From the IMG/VR virus record IMGVR_UViG_3300020043_000552, positions 1-37,031 of that record: a stretch of DNA of 37,031 bases; one strand, 5' to 3'. Made by a program: the position numbers and the translations under genes. The notes beneath the pieces were generated by a model. The model saw only the letters and a program-made list of their open reading frames with translations. It ran no database searches and was not told the origin of the DNA. The DNA is from a virus. Its lineage: Duplodnaviria > Caudoviricetes. Positions 1 through 9,286 of the stretch are shown here, one piece after another (position 1 is the stretch's first letter; every line of letters starts with the position of its first letter).

Positions 1-142
1 CTGAGAATGGGCGTACATTGCCCTTCTGGTTCAAGCGCTGAAGAATTGCGTTGTTTTGTGTTAAGTTGTCTGCCAATTCACCGCTACGACTTTGAATAGT
101 GGTAGCGATAATATCGGTAATCGCTGAGTTAGCAAATGCCAT
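1..142 (-). CDS. Major capsid protein, N-terminal part (runs off window start), copy A
   Basis: Hand translation MAFANSAITDIIATTIQSRSGELADNLTQNNAILQRLNQKGNVRPFS, nearly identical to 30727-30586; RBS AAGGA upstream; follows the scaffold gene. Confidence 0.9.
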   Translation of the reverse strand, partial: MAFANSAITDIIATTIQSRSGELADNLTQNNAILQRLNQKGNVRPFS

Positions 143-182
143 GATTATTATCCTTAGTTAAAAAATTGCCAAAATTGGCTAG

Positions 183-1241
183 TTAAACCCTACGGCTCAT
201 TGCCTCGCCTAATTGCTCGGACAATAAAGACCGTCTATCCTTTTTATCTCCAGGTTCTGCCACTTTTCCGCTAGGTGTAACGGATTTAGGACTTACTGCT
301 GCAGCCTTAGCCTTCGCTACTTGCTGTGCTTTGATTGCCGCCTGTTTAGCGTCTTTCAGGAGTTTATCCTGTTCTAACGACCAAACTTCGTCATTCATCC
401 GCACGGCTTTCTTGTAGGCCGTTTCTAGGTCTTGGGCTTTCCCTAGCTCAAGTAGTTGAGCCATTTCTTCCCTTACCACATCAAAGTGAGGGTATTTCTC
501 CACATCACTTCTGTACTTCTCGATTTCATTCATTAAGCGTTGGTTTTCTTCTTGAGCAAACCGACCTTTAATGCTTGAAACTTCTTGATTCACCATATTT
601 AATTGGCTCATCAGTTGTTGCGTGTATGGGTCAAGCTGTGTTGCTTGTCCACCATTTAATTGTATACCATAATCTGCCGCAAGCTTATGAAATACTTGAA
701 CTTTTTGTTCGTATGGTGCATGAGACAAAATTTGTTCAGCACGAACTAAGTTTTCAATGTATTGAGCAGGTTGAATTCCTCGTTTGGCAAGATTGTCAGC
801 ATAAGGAGCAATAGCGTTTTCATAAGACCTTGCACGGTCAGCTTCAGCCTTATAAGTGCTTACGCCTTTCTTGTACTCAGATTCACGCTGATTGGCATAT
901 TCGGCAAACTTAACAAAATCTTCTTTGCTAATCTGCTCGCCAGCTTCCATCTTGTCCCAAATTTGGACATACTCTTTTTTCCATGTAGAAGGGCGGTTTA
1001 CAGGCTTGACTTCTTCTGTAGCCTCCTGCGCCTCATCCGCATCTGCAGATTCAATAGCTTCAATGACTTCGGCAGATTCTTCGTGGTCTGCCTGGCTAGC
1101 TTTCTCCGCAGCGGATTCTTCGGCAATAGTGTCCTCAACCACCTCAATTTCTTTCTCGATTGGTGCTTCAAGCTCGCCTTCCTCTGCAGCTTCCATAGCC
1201 TGCATTAATAGTTCTCTACGGTCTAATTGTTCTTCTGACAT
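183..1241 (-). CDS. Capsid scaffolding protein, copy A
   Basis: Acidic N-terminus, helical/coiled-coil body, directly upstream of the capsid gene; homologous to 30751..31869. Confidence 0.75.
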   Translation of the reverse strand: MSEEQLDRRELLMQAMEAAEEGELEAPIEKEIEVVEDTIAEESAAEKASQADHEESAEVIEAIESADADEAQEATEEVKPVNRPSTWKKEYVQIWDKMEAGEQISKEDFVKFAEYANQRESEYKKGVSTYKAEADRARSYENAIAPYADNLAKRGIQPAQYIENLVRAEQILSHAPYEQKVQVFHKLAADYGIQLNGGQATQLDPYTQQLMSQLNMVNQEVSSIKGRFAQEENQRLMNEIEKYRSDVEKYPHFDVVREEMAQLLELGKAQDLETAYKKAVRMNDEVWSLEQDKLLKDAKQAAIKAQQVAKAKAAAVSPKSVTPSGKVAEPGDKKDRRSLLSEQLGEAMSRRV

Positions 1242-1265
1242 GGGGTTTCTCCTAAGTTATCAGGG

Positions 1266-1646
1266 TTAATATTTAAGTTTTGCATACGCCAATTCAGCAA
1301 TTTGACGCTTGCGTGCTTCTTGTGACTGCCTGCTGATTTTTGCTTCTGCGTGCTTCATAGGCACATCGTTCCCCAATTCAATCATCCGATGTTGTTTTAA
1401 ATGGCTTCTATGATGACTACGGCTTTTAATCCATGAGCCATCTACTTGGCTTACATAGCCTTCAATGTCAGACATCACCATTGGGGCTTCTCTGCGTGTC
1501 ATTTCTTCCTTTTGTTTCCAAGCTTCTTCAGCTTCTGGTGTACCTAGGGTAAACCCCCAGAACTCAAGGTAAAACTCTTTGTCAGACTGTTGTTTTTTTG
1601 CAACATGGTTGCCTTCACTAAATCCACAATTAGGGCAAATCTTCAT
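1266..1646 (-). CDS. Conserved phage protein with N-terminal CxxC, copy A
   Basis: 126 aa; homologous to 31880..32272 (APMVM.DIEG, SRS.HR..LK, RKRQIAELAYAKL). Confidence 0.8.
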   Translation of the reverse strand: MKICPNCGFSEGNHVAKKQQSDKEFYLEFWGFTLGTPEAEEAWKQKEEMTRREAPMVMSDIEGYVSQVDGSWIKSRSHHRSHLKQHRMIELGNDVPMKHAEAKISRQSQEARKRQIAELAYAKLKY

Positions 1647-2542
1647 TACATCCTCCTTATTAAGTCTGGTACTTGGTCATATTCTTCTTGACGCAAGGCA
1701 ATAACAGAGTCATACCAGCTTCCGTTTTTCCAGCGCCAGCAGATATATTCTTCTTTGGGTAGCAGCACAATAGTCTTAACTCCCAATGCGCCTGCAAGGT
1801 GAGCAGTCCCTGTGTCTACAGTCACAATGCCTTTCATTGCTTTCATGTGGCGTGCTGTGACAGACCAATCGGTTTTCCAACCGTCATCAGGTAATGGGTG
1901 AAAAAAGCCGTCATGCTCTGGGGAAAAGCTATAAGCGTTATCCCCTACTAATTCATACATTTTGTGGTCAGGAATAGATTTAATATGGAATAGGATGTTG
2001 CGACTTGCACCCCAATTCACTCCTATTTTTGGCTCAATATCAGACGGTTTAGCGTCTAAATACCCTTCAGAACCCACTATTTTCTTGGTTGTAATGGGGA
2101 ATAGTGATTTTGCGTACTTATTAGCGCAAGAAATGTAATAAGGAAGGCTCATATTGCCAAGCCAGTAGTCACATTCCACTACATCAGGACATTCTGGCTG
2201 ATTTGTAAGGACATCTATGCACTCCATCTGCCCTAAAAGCCCAAGTAATGAGCCATGAGTCAGCAGTACAACCTTTTTAGCGCCCATAACCTTAAAAAAT
2301 GGCAAGAAACGAGCAAACATAAAGATGTCGCCAAAGCCTTGCTCCATTTGCACAACAATAGACTTGTTTAAAAGGGATTCACCACGCCATACCGCAGGGT
2401 TTTTGGGCTTTTGTGTATATGGTGTTATTTGGTTTGCAAGAATGTCAGGATGCCAACGGTATTCAAACAATCTAAAACCAGCGTCATAGCGACCTTGGTG
2501 TAAATGCTCGTAGGCTTCTTTGTATTTTGCGTGGGGGTTTAC
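1646..2542 (-). CDS. GT9/heptosyltransferase-like glycosyltransferase, copy A (start uncertain; frame extends 24 codons upstream of TTG 2470)
   Basis: Motifs YRW, WRGE, EQGFGD, VDTGTAHLAGALG, WRW...WYDS typical of TPR-associated GT9-like proteins; upstream extension conserved with copy B. Confidence 0.75.
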   Translation of the reverse strand, partial: VNPHAKYKEAYEHLHQGRYDAGFRLFEYRWHPDILANQITPYTQKPKNPAVWRGESLLNKSIVVQMEQGFGDIFMFARFLPFFKVMGAKKVVLLTHGSLLGLLGQMECIDVLTNQPECPDVVECDYWLGNMSLPYYISCANKYAKSLFPITTKKIVGSEGYLDAKPSDIEPKIGVNWGASRNILFHIKSIPDHKMYELVGDNAYSFSPEHDGFFHPLPDDGWKTDWSVTARHMKAMKGIVTVDTGTAHLAGALGVKTIVLLPKEEYICWRWKNGSWYDSVIALRQEEYDQVPDLIRRM

Positions 2543-3015
2543 AGGATAAGTGCTAATAGGGCCTCTTCATCGTCTAATTCTGCTTGCCGTTTAGCTTCTA
2601 AGACTGCCAATTCCTGTTCTAAGCGAATCTTGGCACTTCTCATTGCTACTGCGGTTTGCAGGTCTTGCTGTTGTTTAACAAGATTAGCGATGTATCGGTC
2701 AATGTTTGCTAGGTTTGACGGTATATCAACGCTAACTTCTTGATTGGATTGTACTTTATTTTGTTGCTTTTGTACCACAGGTTTAGGGTCAACTAAATCT
2801 GTAATAGTTTGCTTGCGCTTCTCAGCGTCTAACTTCAATGCTTCAATGCGCTTTTCTTCAGCTTTACGCCTTTTCTTATCTATTGCTTGGTAGCGTTTCC
2901 ATTCTTCTTTAGTCCAGCCATCACCACCTGTAGGGCCTGTAGGCGTAGGTGGAGTAATGACGATTTGAAATGCGTCATTTTGAAATGCAGTCGGCTGAAA
3001 AGCGGTTTGAAACAC
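2539..3015 (-). CDS. Conserved protein with N-terminal AFQ repeats and coiled coil, copy A
   Basis: Probable start GTG 3015 overlapping the fibre stop (TAGTG), giving MFQTAFQPTAFQNDAFQ, matching copy B MFATAFQANAFQNNAFQ. Confidence 0.75.
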   Translation of the reverse strand: MFQTAFQPTAFQNDAFQIVITPPTPTGPTGGDGWTKEEWKRYQAIDKKRRKAEEKRIEALKLDAEKRKQTITDLVDPKPVVQKQQNKVQSNQEVSVDIPSNLANIDRYIANLVKQQQDLQTAVAMRSAKIRLEQELAVLEAKRQAELDDEEALLALIL

Positions 3016-5315
3016 TATAGGACTACCCAACGACTGCCGCTAGGCACAGTAACTGTTTGACCAGAGGCTACAGTCATAGGGCCTACAGAAGAAGCAGATG
3101 AACCACTAGGAATTGAATAGCTTGCGGCTACTGTATTGCTATTAATTACTAAGCCATTACTTGCGCTCACGGCAGGGGCAGTCAATGTACCTGTGCCAGT
3201 TACATAAGTAAAACTAGATGATATGTTAGGTGTTGTTGTGCCTTGACCGAATGGGACATAGTTGGTTGTGTATGTAACAGCTGGGGCTTTACCGTTAAAA
3301 GTAGTCCAATCGGTACTTGTCAAATAGCCATTGACTGAACCTGTGGCCGCTGGCATTGCCAATGTTGGCGTAGTGCCGCCTGTGCTAGTAATTGGAGCAG
3401 TTGCCGCTACGGATGTGACATAAGTTCCAGCAGGTTGCTTGTTGTTAAATGTATTCCAATCTGTGCTAGACAAATAGCCATCTGTGCTGGTTGTTGCTTG
3501 GCTAATGCTAATTGCAGGAGTTGCGCCACCGCTTGAAGCAATAGGGGCTGTACCAGTTACGCTTGTTACTGTTCCGCTAGGCGTAGTAATGGTGAAATTA
3601 GGATAAGTACCAGTAACGACTGCACCGCCAGCACCTGTGATGGCTACTGTTTGGTCAGGTGCGGTATTAGTAATAGTGAAATTAGGGTATGTACCGCTAG
3701 TGCTAATCCCTGTTCCGCCTGTCAATGACACAGTTTGGTCAGGTGCTGTATTGGTTACAGTAACTGCACCAGTTGAACCTGATACGCTAATTCCTGTTCC
3801 TGCTACGGCAGAAGTTACGCCAGTATTGGTAATAGTTGCACTATCAGTAGTTTGGGTTACAGAAATGCCTGTGCTTGCAACTACTCTAGTTTGGAATGAA
3901 ACCCTAGCAGTTAATACGCCAGCACCACCTGAAGCGGCTTTAGCTACTGCGGCAACAATAACGATTGGCCCACTTGCAGGGTAAGTAGCAGTCATTCCAC
4001 CAGTTACGGCAGAATCGTAATAAAGCACTTGCCCATCTGTGTAAGCAGAAGTATCTAAACCCCTGATTGACCCTGTGTTTTGAATAAGGCCAAAGCCGTT
4101 TAATGCGATATTTTCAGCCGCAATACCCATGATTGCTTCTGCGTATGGGATTGAATTAGAAGGTGCGGCAGTTAATACGCCACTAGAACCAACTGCCCCA
4201 GTAAACATACATAACTGACCTTTGGTAATGGCAGAGCTAGCTTTTACATAGAAAAAGGTATCTTCGCCAATATGCTGAACCACATTACCGCCAGCCATTC
4301 CCAAGCCAAGCGTATTGTTACCATTCCAACCAAGTTGCCCTTCTGTCAGGGTTGTTGCGTAAGTGGTATCAAAATCAACATAGTTGGTGTTAAGGATAGA
4401 AGTTGCACCAGCTATTTGACCAGCATCGCTAATGGTTACTACGCTATTCTGAATCAGCTTGCCAGTTGTTGTATCAAAGCGAGCAATAGCGTTATCTGTT
4501 GCGCTTGCTGGGCCTACTACATCGCCACCTAAACTTGGGCTACTGTTAGTAATTACGCCTGTTGTGCTGTTATAGCTAATTCCAGTACCAGCGGACAATG
4601 CACCTCTAGCCCTAGCGTCTGTGTAGTAAAGGTTTGTGCCTTCACTAATGTTTGTCGTGGTTAGAGTTACAGCACCAGTAAAACCGTTTACGCTAGTTAC
4701 GCCATCGGTGTTATCAACCTTTTGCCATGCAGTGCCGTTGTATACAGCCCAATCACCTACTTGCCAATCAGTTACACCATTCAGGTCGGTTGTACCTGCA
4801 ACGCTTACAACATAGTAATAGCCTTTAGTTCCTACGGATGAAGTAAGTGTTGGTGTATTTGTTGTGGCGTTCCATGTACCTTGATAACTTAACGCACCAA
4901 TAACAGAGTCAGGAATTTGACTAATAGGTACTTTGCCAGCAGCATCAAGCGTTGCTACACCTAATGCCGCACCTGCGTCTTTAGTTGACGCAGTTCCAAG
5001 ACCTGTAATATCTGTATTGGGAATAGTGCTAGAAGCTGTTAAAGCACTTGTACCGCTACCTTTAACATAGCCTGTCAAAGTAGTAGCACCTGTACCGCCA
5101 TGAGGCACATCAACAGTACCTGTAAGGTTAGACGCAGGAATGGTTACACCGCTAATTGTGCCGCCAGTAATAGCAACGGCATTAGCGTTTTGCTCGGCCA
5201 TTGTGCCAAGACCAGTTAATTCATGGGTATCGTTCCAATTTGACGGCTGGACAATTGTAGGATCGCCAGCATCAGGAATTAAGCTAACAAACTTATGCGT
5301 GACTGTAATAGCCAT
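3015..5315 (-). CDS. Long fibre/spike-like structural protein
   Basis: 766 aa, very T/G/S-rich; fibre motifs YQGTWNATTNTPTL, WQVGDWAVYNGTAWQK, NLYYTDARAR, internal repeats. Confidence 0.75.
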   Translation of the reverse strand: MAITVTHKFVSLIPDAGDPTIVQPSNWNDTHELTGLGTMAEQNANAVAITGGTISGVTIPASNLTGTVDVPHGGTGATTLTGYVKGSGTSALTASSTIPNTDITGLGTASTKDAGAALGVATLDAAGKVPISQIPDSVIGALSYQGTWNATTNTPTLTSSVGTKGYYYVVSVAGTTDLNGVTDWQVGDWAVYNGTAWQKVDNTDGVTSVNGFTGAVTLTTTNISEGTNLYYTDARARGALSAGTGISYNSTTGVITNSSPSLGGDVVGPASATDNAIARFDTTTGKLIQNSVVTISDAGQIAGATSILNTNYVDFDTTYATTLTEGQLGWNGNNTLGLGMAGGNVVQHIGEDTFFYVKASSAITKGQLCMFTGAVGSSGVLTAAPSNSIPYAEAIMGIAAENIALNGFGLIQNTGSIRGLDTSAYTDGQVLYYDSAVTGGMTATYPASGPIVIVAAVAKAASGGAGVLTARVSFQTRVVASTGISVTQTTDSATITNTGVTSAVAGTGISVSGSTGAVTVTNTAPDQTVSLTGGTGISTSGTYPNFTITNTAPDQTVAITGAGGAVVTGTYPNFTITTPSGTVTSVTGTAPIASSGGATPAISISQATTSTDGYLSSTDWNTFNNKQPAGTYVTSVAATAPITSTGGTTPTLAMPAATGSVNGYLTSTDWTTFNGKAPAVTYTTNYVPFGQGTTTPNISSSFTYVTGTGTLTAPAVSASNGLVINSNTVAASYSIPSGSSASSVGPMTVASGQTVTVPSGSRWVVL
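3291..3770 (-). repeat. Internal tandem repeats within the fibre gene
   Basis: 150-nt period (GYLSSTDWNTFNNK / GYLTSTDWTTFNGK; caaatagcca at 3321 and 3471) and 84-nt period (NTAPDQTV...GTYPNFTIT; tttggtcaggtgc at 3650 and 3734). Confidence 0.8.
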
Positions 5316-7573
5316 TATTGAACTCCGATGATTTTACCGTCTTGTCCCCGTACCACTTGTTTAGGTCTATTGTGGTTTTCGTTAATAGTATTCACCAAAT
5401 CACCTAATGCAAGTGTCATTTGCTGATTGCTCATGTTAATAGCGTCAGCAATAGGTTGTAATGGGTGTTCCATAGATTTAGCCATGTCTTGTTCGGTAAA
5501 GTAAGCCATTTCACCGTTAGATTCATCAGCACCGATACGGGCAACCTCAATCTTTGCACCATTATTGATGTGAGCCAACAATACCTGAGTATTGCGTTCT
5601 GTGTTCATCTTCATCTGAGCAACTTTAAGGTCAAGTTCTGCCTGTTGGCGGTTGCGCTGATCTTCCAATTGGAATTTAAGCTGATTTTCTTGTGCTTGGT
5701 ATTCTTGTTTAGCTTTTTCCAATTCAACTTGCATTTGCATCTTTTGTTGCTCAATTTGCATAGAGTTTTGCATCTTGGCTTGCTCAAGTTGGGCTTGCAT
5801 TTGCAGTTTTTGTACTTCAGGGCTAGGTGGTTTAGGCTGACCTTCCATCTGTTTAGCCTGTTGACGGAACTTATCAGCGGTTTCGTCAATAAGTCCTTCA
5901 AGACCTTTACCAGCTTTAAACGCTGTAACGCCAAATTTAAGCATTTCCATCATCATTGGTGTGATTTCAGGGGTAGCTTGTGCGGCAGGGATGGCTTGCT
6001 GCAAGAATCCACCCATCGCTTGCAAGAATTGCATACGATCAGCTTTTTCTTGTTCTTCATCCTGATAAATCATGGAATCGCTAGTCACTTCGATACGGAA
6101 GTTCTTAGCTGGTTCGTCCTTCAACAGCATCAATGCTTGTGGAATTAATGCCTGATCTTGTGGGCTTAACTGGTTTGCACCGCTAATTTTTAGGATGGTG
6201 TCATCGGTAAAGTGCTGGCAAATAATTTGTGCTTTGATCTGCAATAAGGCTGTAGCAAAGTTCACTACATCGTGTTGCATAGTCTTTAAACGCCCTGAAG
6301 CGTTGTTGGACTTAATGATTTGTGCGCCTAATGTTTCGTTAGGATCAGTTTGACCACGCTGAATGTCAGCAATGCCCATGATCTCGTAGATTTGACCCTT
6401 AACTTGCTCCATAGCCTGATAAGCCATCTGCAAACCTTGAGCAATTGGGGTAATGTCTACAAGGTTAATAGCCCCAACCATGCCACCTTTTTCGCTAAAT
6501 GCTGCATAGTTCTTAATTGGCAACAAAGCATTGTTATCGCCTTCTGTAAACAGACGGGACAATGATGGTTCTGCCGCATCGTATACACCACGAACCTTGA
6601 GTGCTTGAATAAAGCCATCAATACGGTCAGCCAGCGTGTCTAATTGACGAGCTTGGTCTTGATATAGAACGTAATCAGGAACAGGGATTAAGCTGTCTGT
6701 GGTCAATGTAGAGAACATTGGCTTTGGACATGGCCAAAAGTTTTCTAGTTGCAGCGGGTCATCACGAACATCAAGAATTTTGCCCATTGACTTGGATAAC
6801 CAAAGGACTTGACCTGTGGTTTTGTCCCAAATCTCATAAATACAAGCTTCTTTTGCACCTTCGCCCATCTTTTCATTAAAAGACTTAGATGTTTCAGGCT
6901 TAGTATCTAATGGAATCTTATCGCCAAGTTCTTCGCCAAAACGTTCAACAAGGGCTGGGCGACCAAGATAAACCTTACGCCATACGGCTGTTACTTCTTC
7001 CCATGTACGGGCAACGGTCAAGCCAAAGTCACGCCAATGGACATAGTCAACTGGGGCACATTCGTACTCGATGCGTTCTTGATCTTCACGATAAATGCCA
7101 CCTTCGGTTTCAGCTTCGTCAATATCTTCTGTCAACTGCCAGCCATCATCAGGTGCGCCTTCGCCCATTCCAGCCATTTCGCCAGTAATGTGTGGTTCAT
7201 AACGCACCCAAGCTGTTCCACGACCACCTAAAAGACGGTCTTGAACGGATTGCTTCATGGCACTAGCGTAGTCACCATAATGCTCAATTTCGTACTCTAA
7301 AGCACGTTCTAGCATCATTGAAGCTACACGACCAATAGGGTCGTTGTCACGGAATCTGCGACTTACATCAGGGCGTGGCAAACGAGCAAAGATAGCTGGG
7401 GTAATGGTTTGGACATTGCTCCACAGAATATTGAACTTGGCTTGTGGGTTGTTACGGCTACGGCTGTCATCACGATACCGCTTGGTAATCTTATCGGCAC
7501 GACCTTCCCATTCTTTAAATGTACGCTCGTACTGGGCAATGGTGTTGTACCAATCTTCGTATGTATGATCCAT
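5315..7573 (-). CDS. Portal protein (long Q-rich C-terminal coiled-coil barrel)
   Basis: Directly after TerL; ~752 aa from ATG 7573 (RBS AGGA); Q/M-rich C-terminal coiled coil as in P22-like portals. Confidence 0.85.
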   Translation of the reverse strand: MDHTYEDWYNTIAQYERTFKEWEGRADKITKRYRDDSRSRNNPQAKFNILWSNVQTITPAIFARLPRPDVSRRFRDNDPIGRVASMMLERALEYEIEHYGDYASAMKQSVQDRLLGGRGTAWVRYEPHITGEMAGMGEGAPDDGWQLTEDIDEAETEGGIYREDQERIEYECAPVDYVHWRDFGLTVARTWEEVTAVWRKVYLGRPALVERFGEELGDKIPLDTKPETSKSFNEKMGEGAKEACIYEIWDKTTGQVLWLSKSMGKILDVRDDPLQLENFWPCPKPMFSTLTTDSLIPVPDYVLYQDQARQLDTLADRIDGFIQALKVRGVYDAAEPSLSRLFTEGDNNALLPIKNYAAFSEKGGMVGAINLVDITPIAQGLQMAYQAMEQVKGQIYEIMGIADIQRGQTDPNETLGAQIIKSNNASGRLKTMQHDVVNFATALLQIKAQIICQHFTDDTILKISGANQLSPQDQALIPQALMLLKDEPAKNFRIEVTSDSMIYQDEEQEKADRMQFLQAMGGFLQQAIPAAQATPEITPMMMEMLKFGVTAFKAGKGLEGLIDETADKFRQQAKQMEGQPKPPSPEVQKLQMQAQLEQAKMQNSMQIEQQKMQMQVELEKAKQEYQAQENQLKFQLEDQRNRQQAELDLKVAQMKMNTERNTQVLLAHINNGAKIEVARIGADESNGEMAYFTEQDMAKSMEHPLQPIADAINMSNQQMTLALGDLVNTINENHNRPKQVVRGQDGKIIGVQ

Positions 7574-7575
7574 GT

Positions 7576-8925
7576 CTATATCCTGCGGTGTGTAATTTTG
7601 GGGGTTTCTTTCCACATATCGTTTAGCGTTACTTCAGTTTCGCCAACAAAAAGTCCTTTAGGTCGGGTGTCTTTAAGGATAGGACTGTCCTCATCTTTCC
7701 AAACAATTGAGAGATACCGCATGGCATCGCTAGAGTGTGATGTCCAGTCGTGTTTTGGGCGATCTCGGAATACTTTTTTATCATCATCCCACTCTCTTTG
7801 ATATTGACGCAAACACTCGATAAGTTCTTCACACTTATTATCAAACCAAGCACGAGTTAATGCAAGCCTTGTTGCCTGTATTCCGTCTTGTAATGACAGA
7901 TTTGGAACAATTTTTAGATGTTTTATGTCAATTTTTGCAGAAATTTGCTCGATTATGCTCTTACCACCACTTGCTAATGTTTTTGCTCGTGCGTCATGTG
8001 GCAGGTAATGGTAGCCATATTTGTACCCAAATTCATTTTCTTTTTGGGCGAGTAAACCTGTGTAATAAGGTATGGCTTGACCGTTACTCATGTGGTGATC
8101 TAACACCCGTATCTCACCGTAAACCACCTGAAACCAAATAATTGATGTGGAATCGTTGAACCCCAAGTCCCAAACCGTATGGCAAGGAAACATCGGGTCA
8201 TAGTCCACCGTAGTAATGCGCTCAAGATCGGTAAGCCTACGCATTTCTTGACCATAGTAAGCACCAAGAATGGCGGCTTCAAAGCTACACAAAAACTCCT
8301 GCTCATACTGGTTGGCAGACATTGACTGCTGGGCATCATATAGTTCGGCTTCAGGCAATAAGCCTGATTGGTCTGCTCTTAGCGTTTTAACATACCAATT
8401 AGGGCTTTTTGTGGCTTCGTTGTATATGTCATAAAAGCTGTTATGGCCCTTTGGCGTACCAATAAAGGTTGCCCAACCCTGTCTATCTGTCAGCAATGGG
8501 CGAACAATCTCTCCCCACAGACGGGGTTTCATGTCAGCGTACTCGTCTAAGACCACTCCATCCAAGTAAAGACCCCGTAAAGCATCAGGGTTGTCAGCAC
8601 CAAATAACCTGATTTTTGCTCCATTGACCAGTTCTACCCATAATTCAGACTGATTGGCTTTGACAATGGCTGGCTCTGCAAACTTAAGCAAGTAATCCCA
8701 AGCAATGTTTTTAGCCTGTGCGTAGTACGGTGCAATGTAAGCGTATCGGGCGTTTTCTTTCTTTTCCATGACTGCCCTGCGTATTGTGTCCGCAATCGTG
8801 GCTACAGTCTTACCTGCTCGTCTATGGCAAACCAATACAGCCCAGCGTTGTTCACGCCTGTGAAAGTCTAGGAAAGCATCACGGGCTTTGTACGGATATT
8901 CGTACCTTTTGACAATCTCTTTCAA
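7576..8925 (-). CDS. terL: Terminase large subunit
   Basis: Walker A HRRAGKT, Walker B GVVLDEYA, motif III GTPKG, RNase H-like WDLG and HSSDAMRY. Confidence 0.95.
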   Translation of the reverse strand: MKEIVKRYEYPYKARDAFLDFHRREQRWAVLVCHRRAGKTVATIADTIRRAVMEKKENARYAYIAPYYAQAKNIAWDYLLKFAEPAIVKANQSELWVELVNGAKIRLFGADNPDALRGLYLDGVVLDEYADMKPRLWGEIVRPLLTDRQGWATFIGTPKGHNSFYDIYNEATKSPNWYVKTLRADQSGLLPEAELYDAQQSMSANQYEQEFLCSFEAAILGAYYGQEMRRLTDLERITTVDYDPMFPCHTVWDLGFNDSTSIIWFQVVYGEIRVLDHHMSNGQAIPYYTGLLAQKENEFGYKYGYHYLPHDARAKTLASGGKSIIEQISAKIDIKHLKIVPNLSLQDGIQATRLALTRAWFDNKCEELIECLRQYQREWDDDKKVFRDRPKHDWTSHSSDAMRYLSIVWKDEDSPILKDTRPKGLFVGETEVTLNDMWKETPKITHRRI

Positions 8926-9251
8926 TCTAGAAACTTATGCTCGTGAATTACTTTAACTGGCTGTTCTTCATCACCTGTGTGTTCAGTACGGGCCAACTTA
9001 GGTAAGTGGTATTCCATAACAGATTGAAGCATCCCAAATGCTTTCTCAGGGTTAGGCAAAACAATGTATTTATCGTCATCGTTTTTAACGCCTTTAGCGA
9101 CCTGTTCTAGCCACTCTTGCATCTTGTGTGCATTACCATCAACAAAGCTAGCAATCGCTTCACGAGCCATCGTAGTGGATTTGTTAGGCACTCCTTTTGG
9201 GCGGCCTGCTCTATTGAGGTTTCCGTCAGATTTCGACAGTTTATTTGGCAT
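8922..9251 (-). CDS. terS: Terminase small subunit (probable)
   Basis: GRPKGVPNK motif; overlaps the TerL start. Confidence 0.75.
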   Translation of the reverse strand: MPNKLSKSDGNLNRAGRPKGVPNKSTTMAREAIASFVDGNAHKMQEWLEQVAKGVKNDDDKYIVLPNPEKAFGMLQSVMEYHLPKLARTEHTGDEEQPVKVIHEHKFLD

Positions 9252-9286
9252 ACCTTATCCAAGTATTTGATTAAGATAAGTTAATT

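Noticed and set aside
163-181. GCCAA/TTGGC hairpin between scaffold and capsid as a terminator
   Set aside because: Short weak stem and absent from copy B
3291-3770. Repeats as a CRISPR array or DGR template/variable repeat
   Set aside because: In-frame degenerate protein repeats; no spacers, no adenine-specific variation and no reverse transcriptase in the window
575-8339. Numerous plus-strand and alternate-frame ORFs overlapping scaffold, fibre, portal and terminase (also within 19774-31927)
   Set aside because: Shadow ORFs of well-supported minus-strand genes; no motifs or RBS
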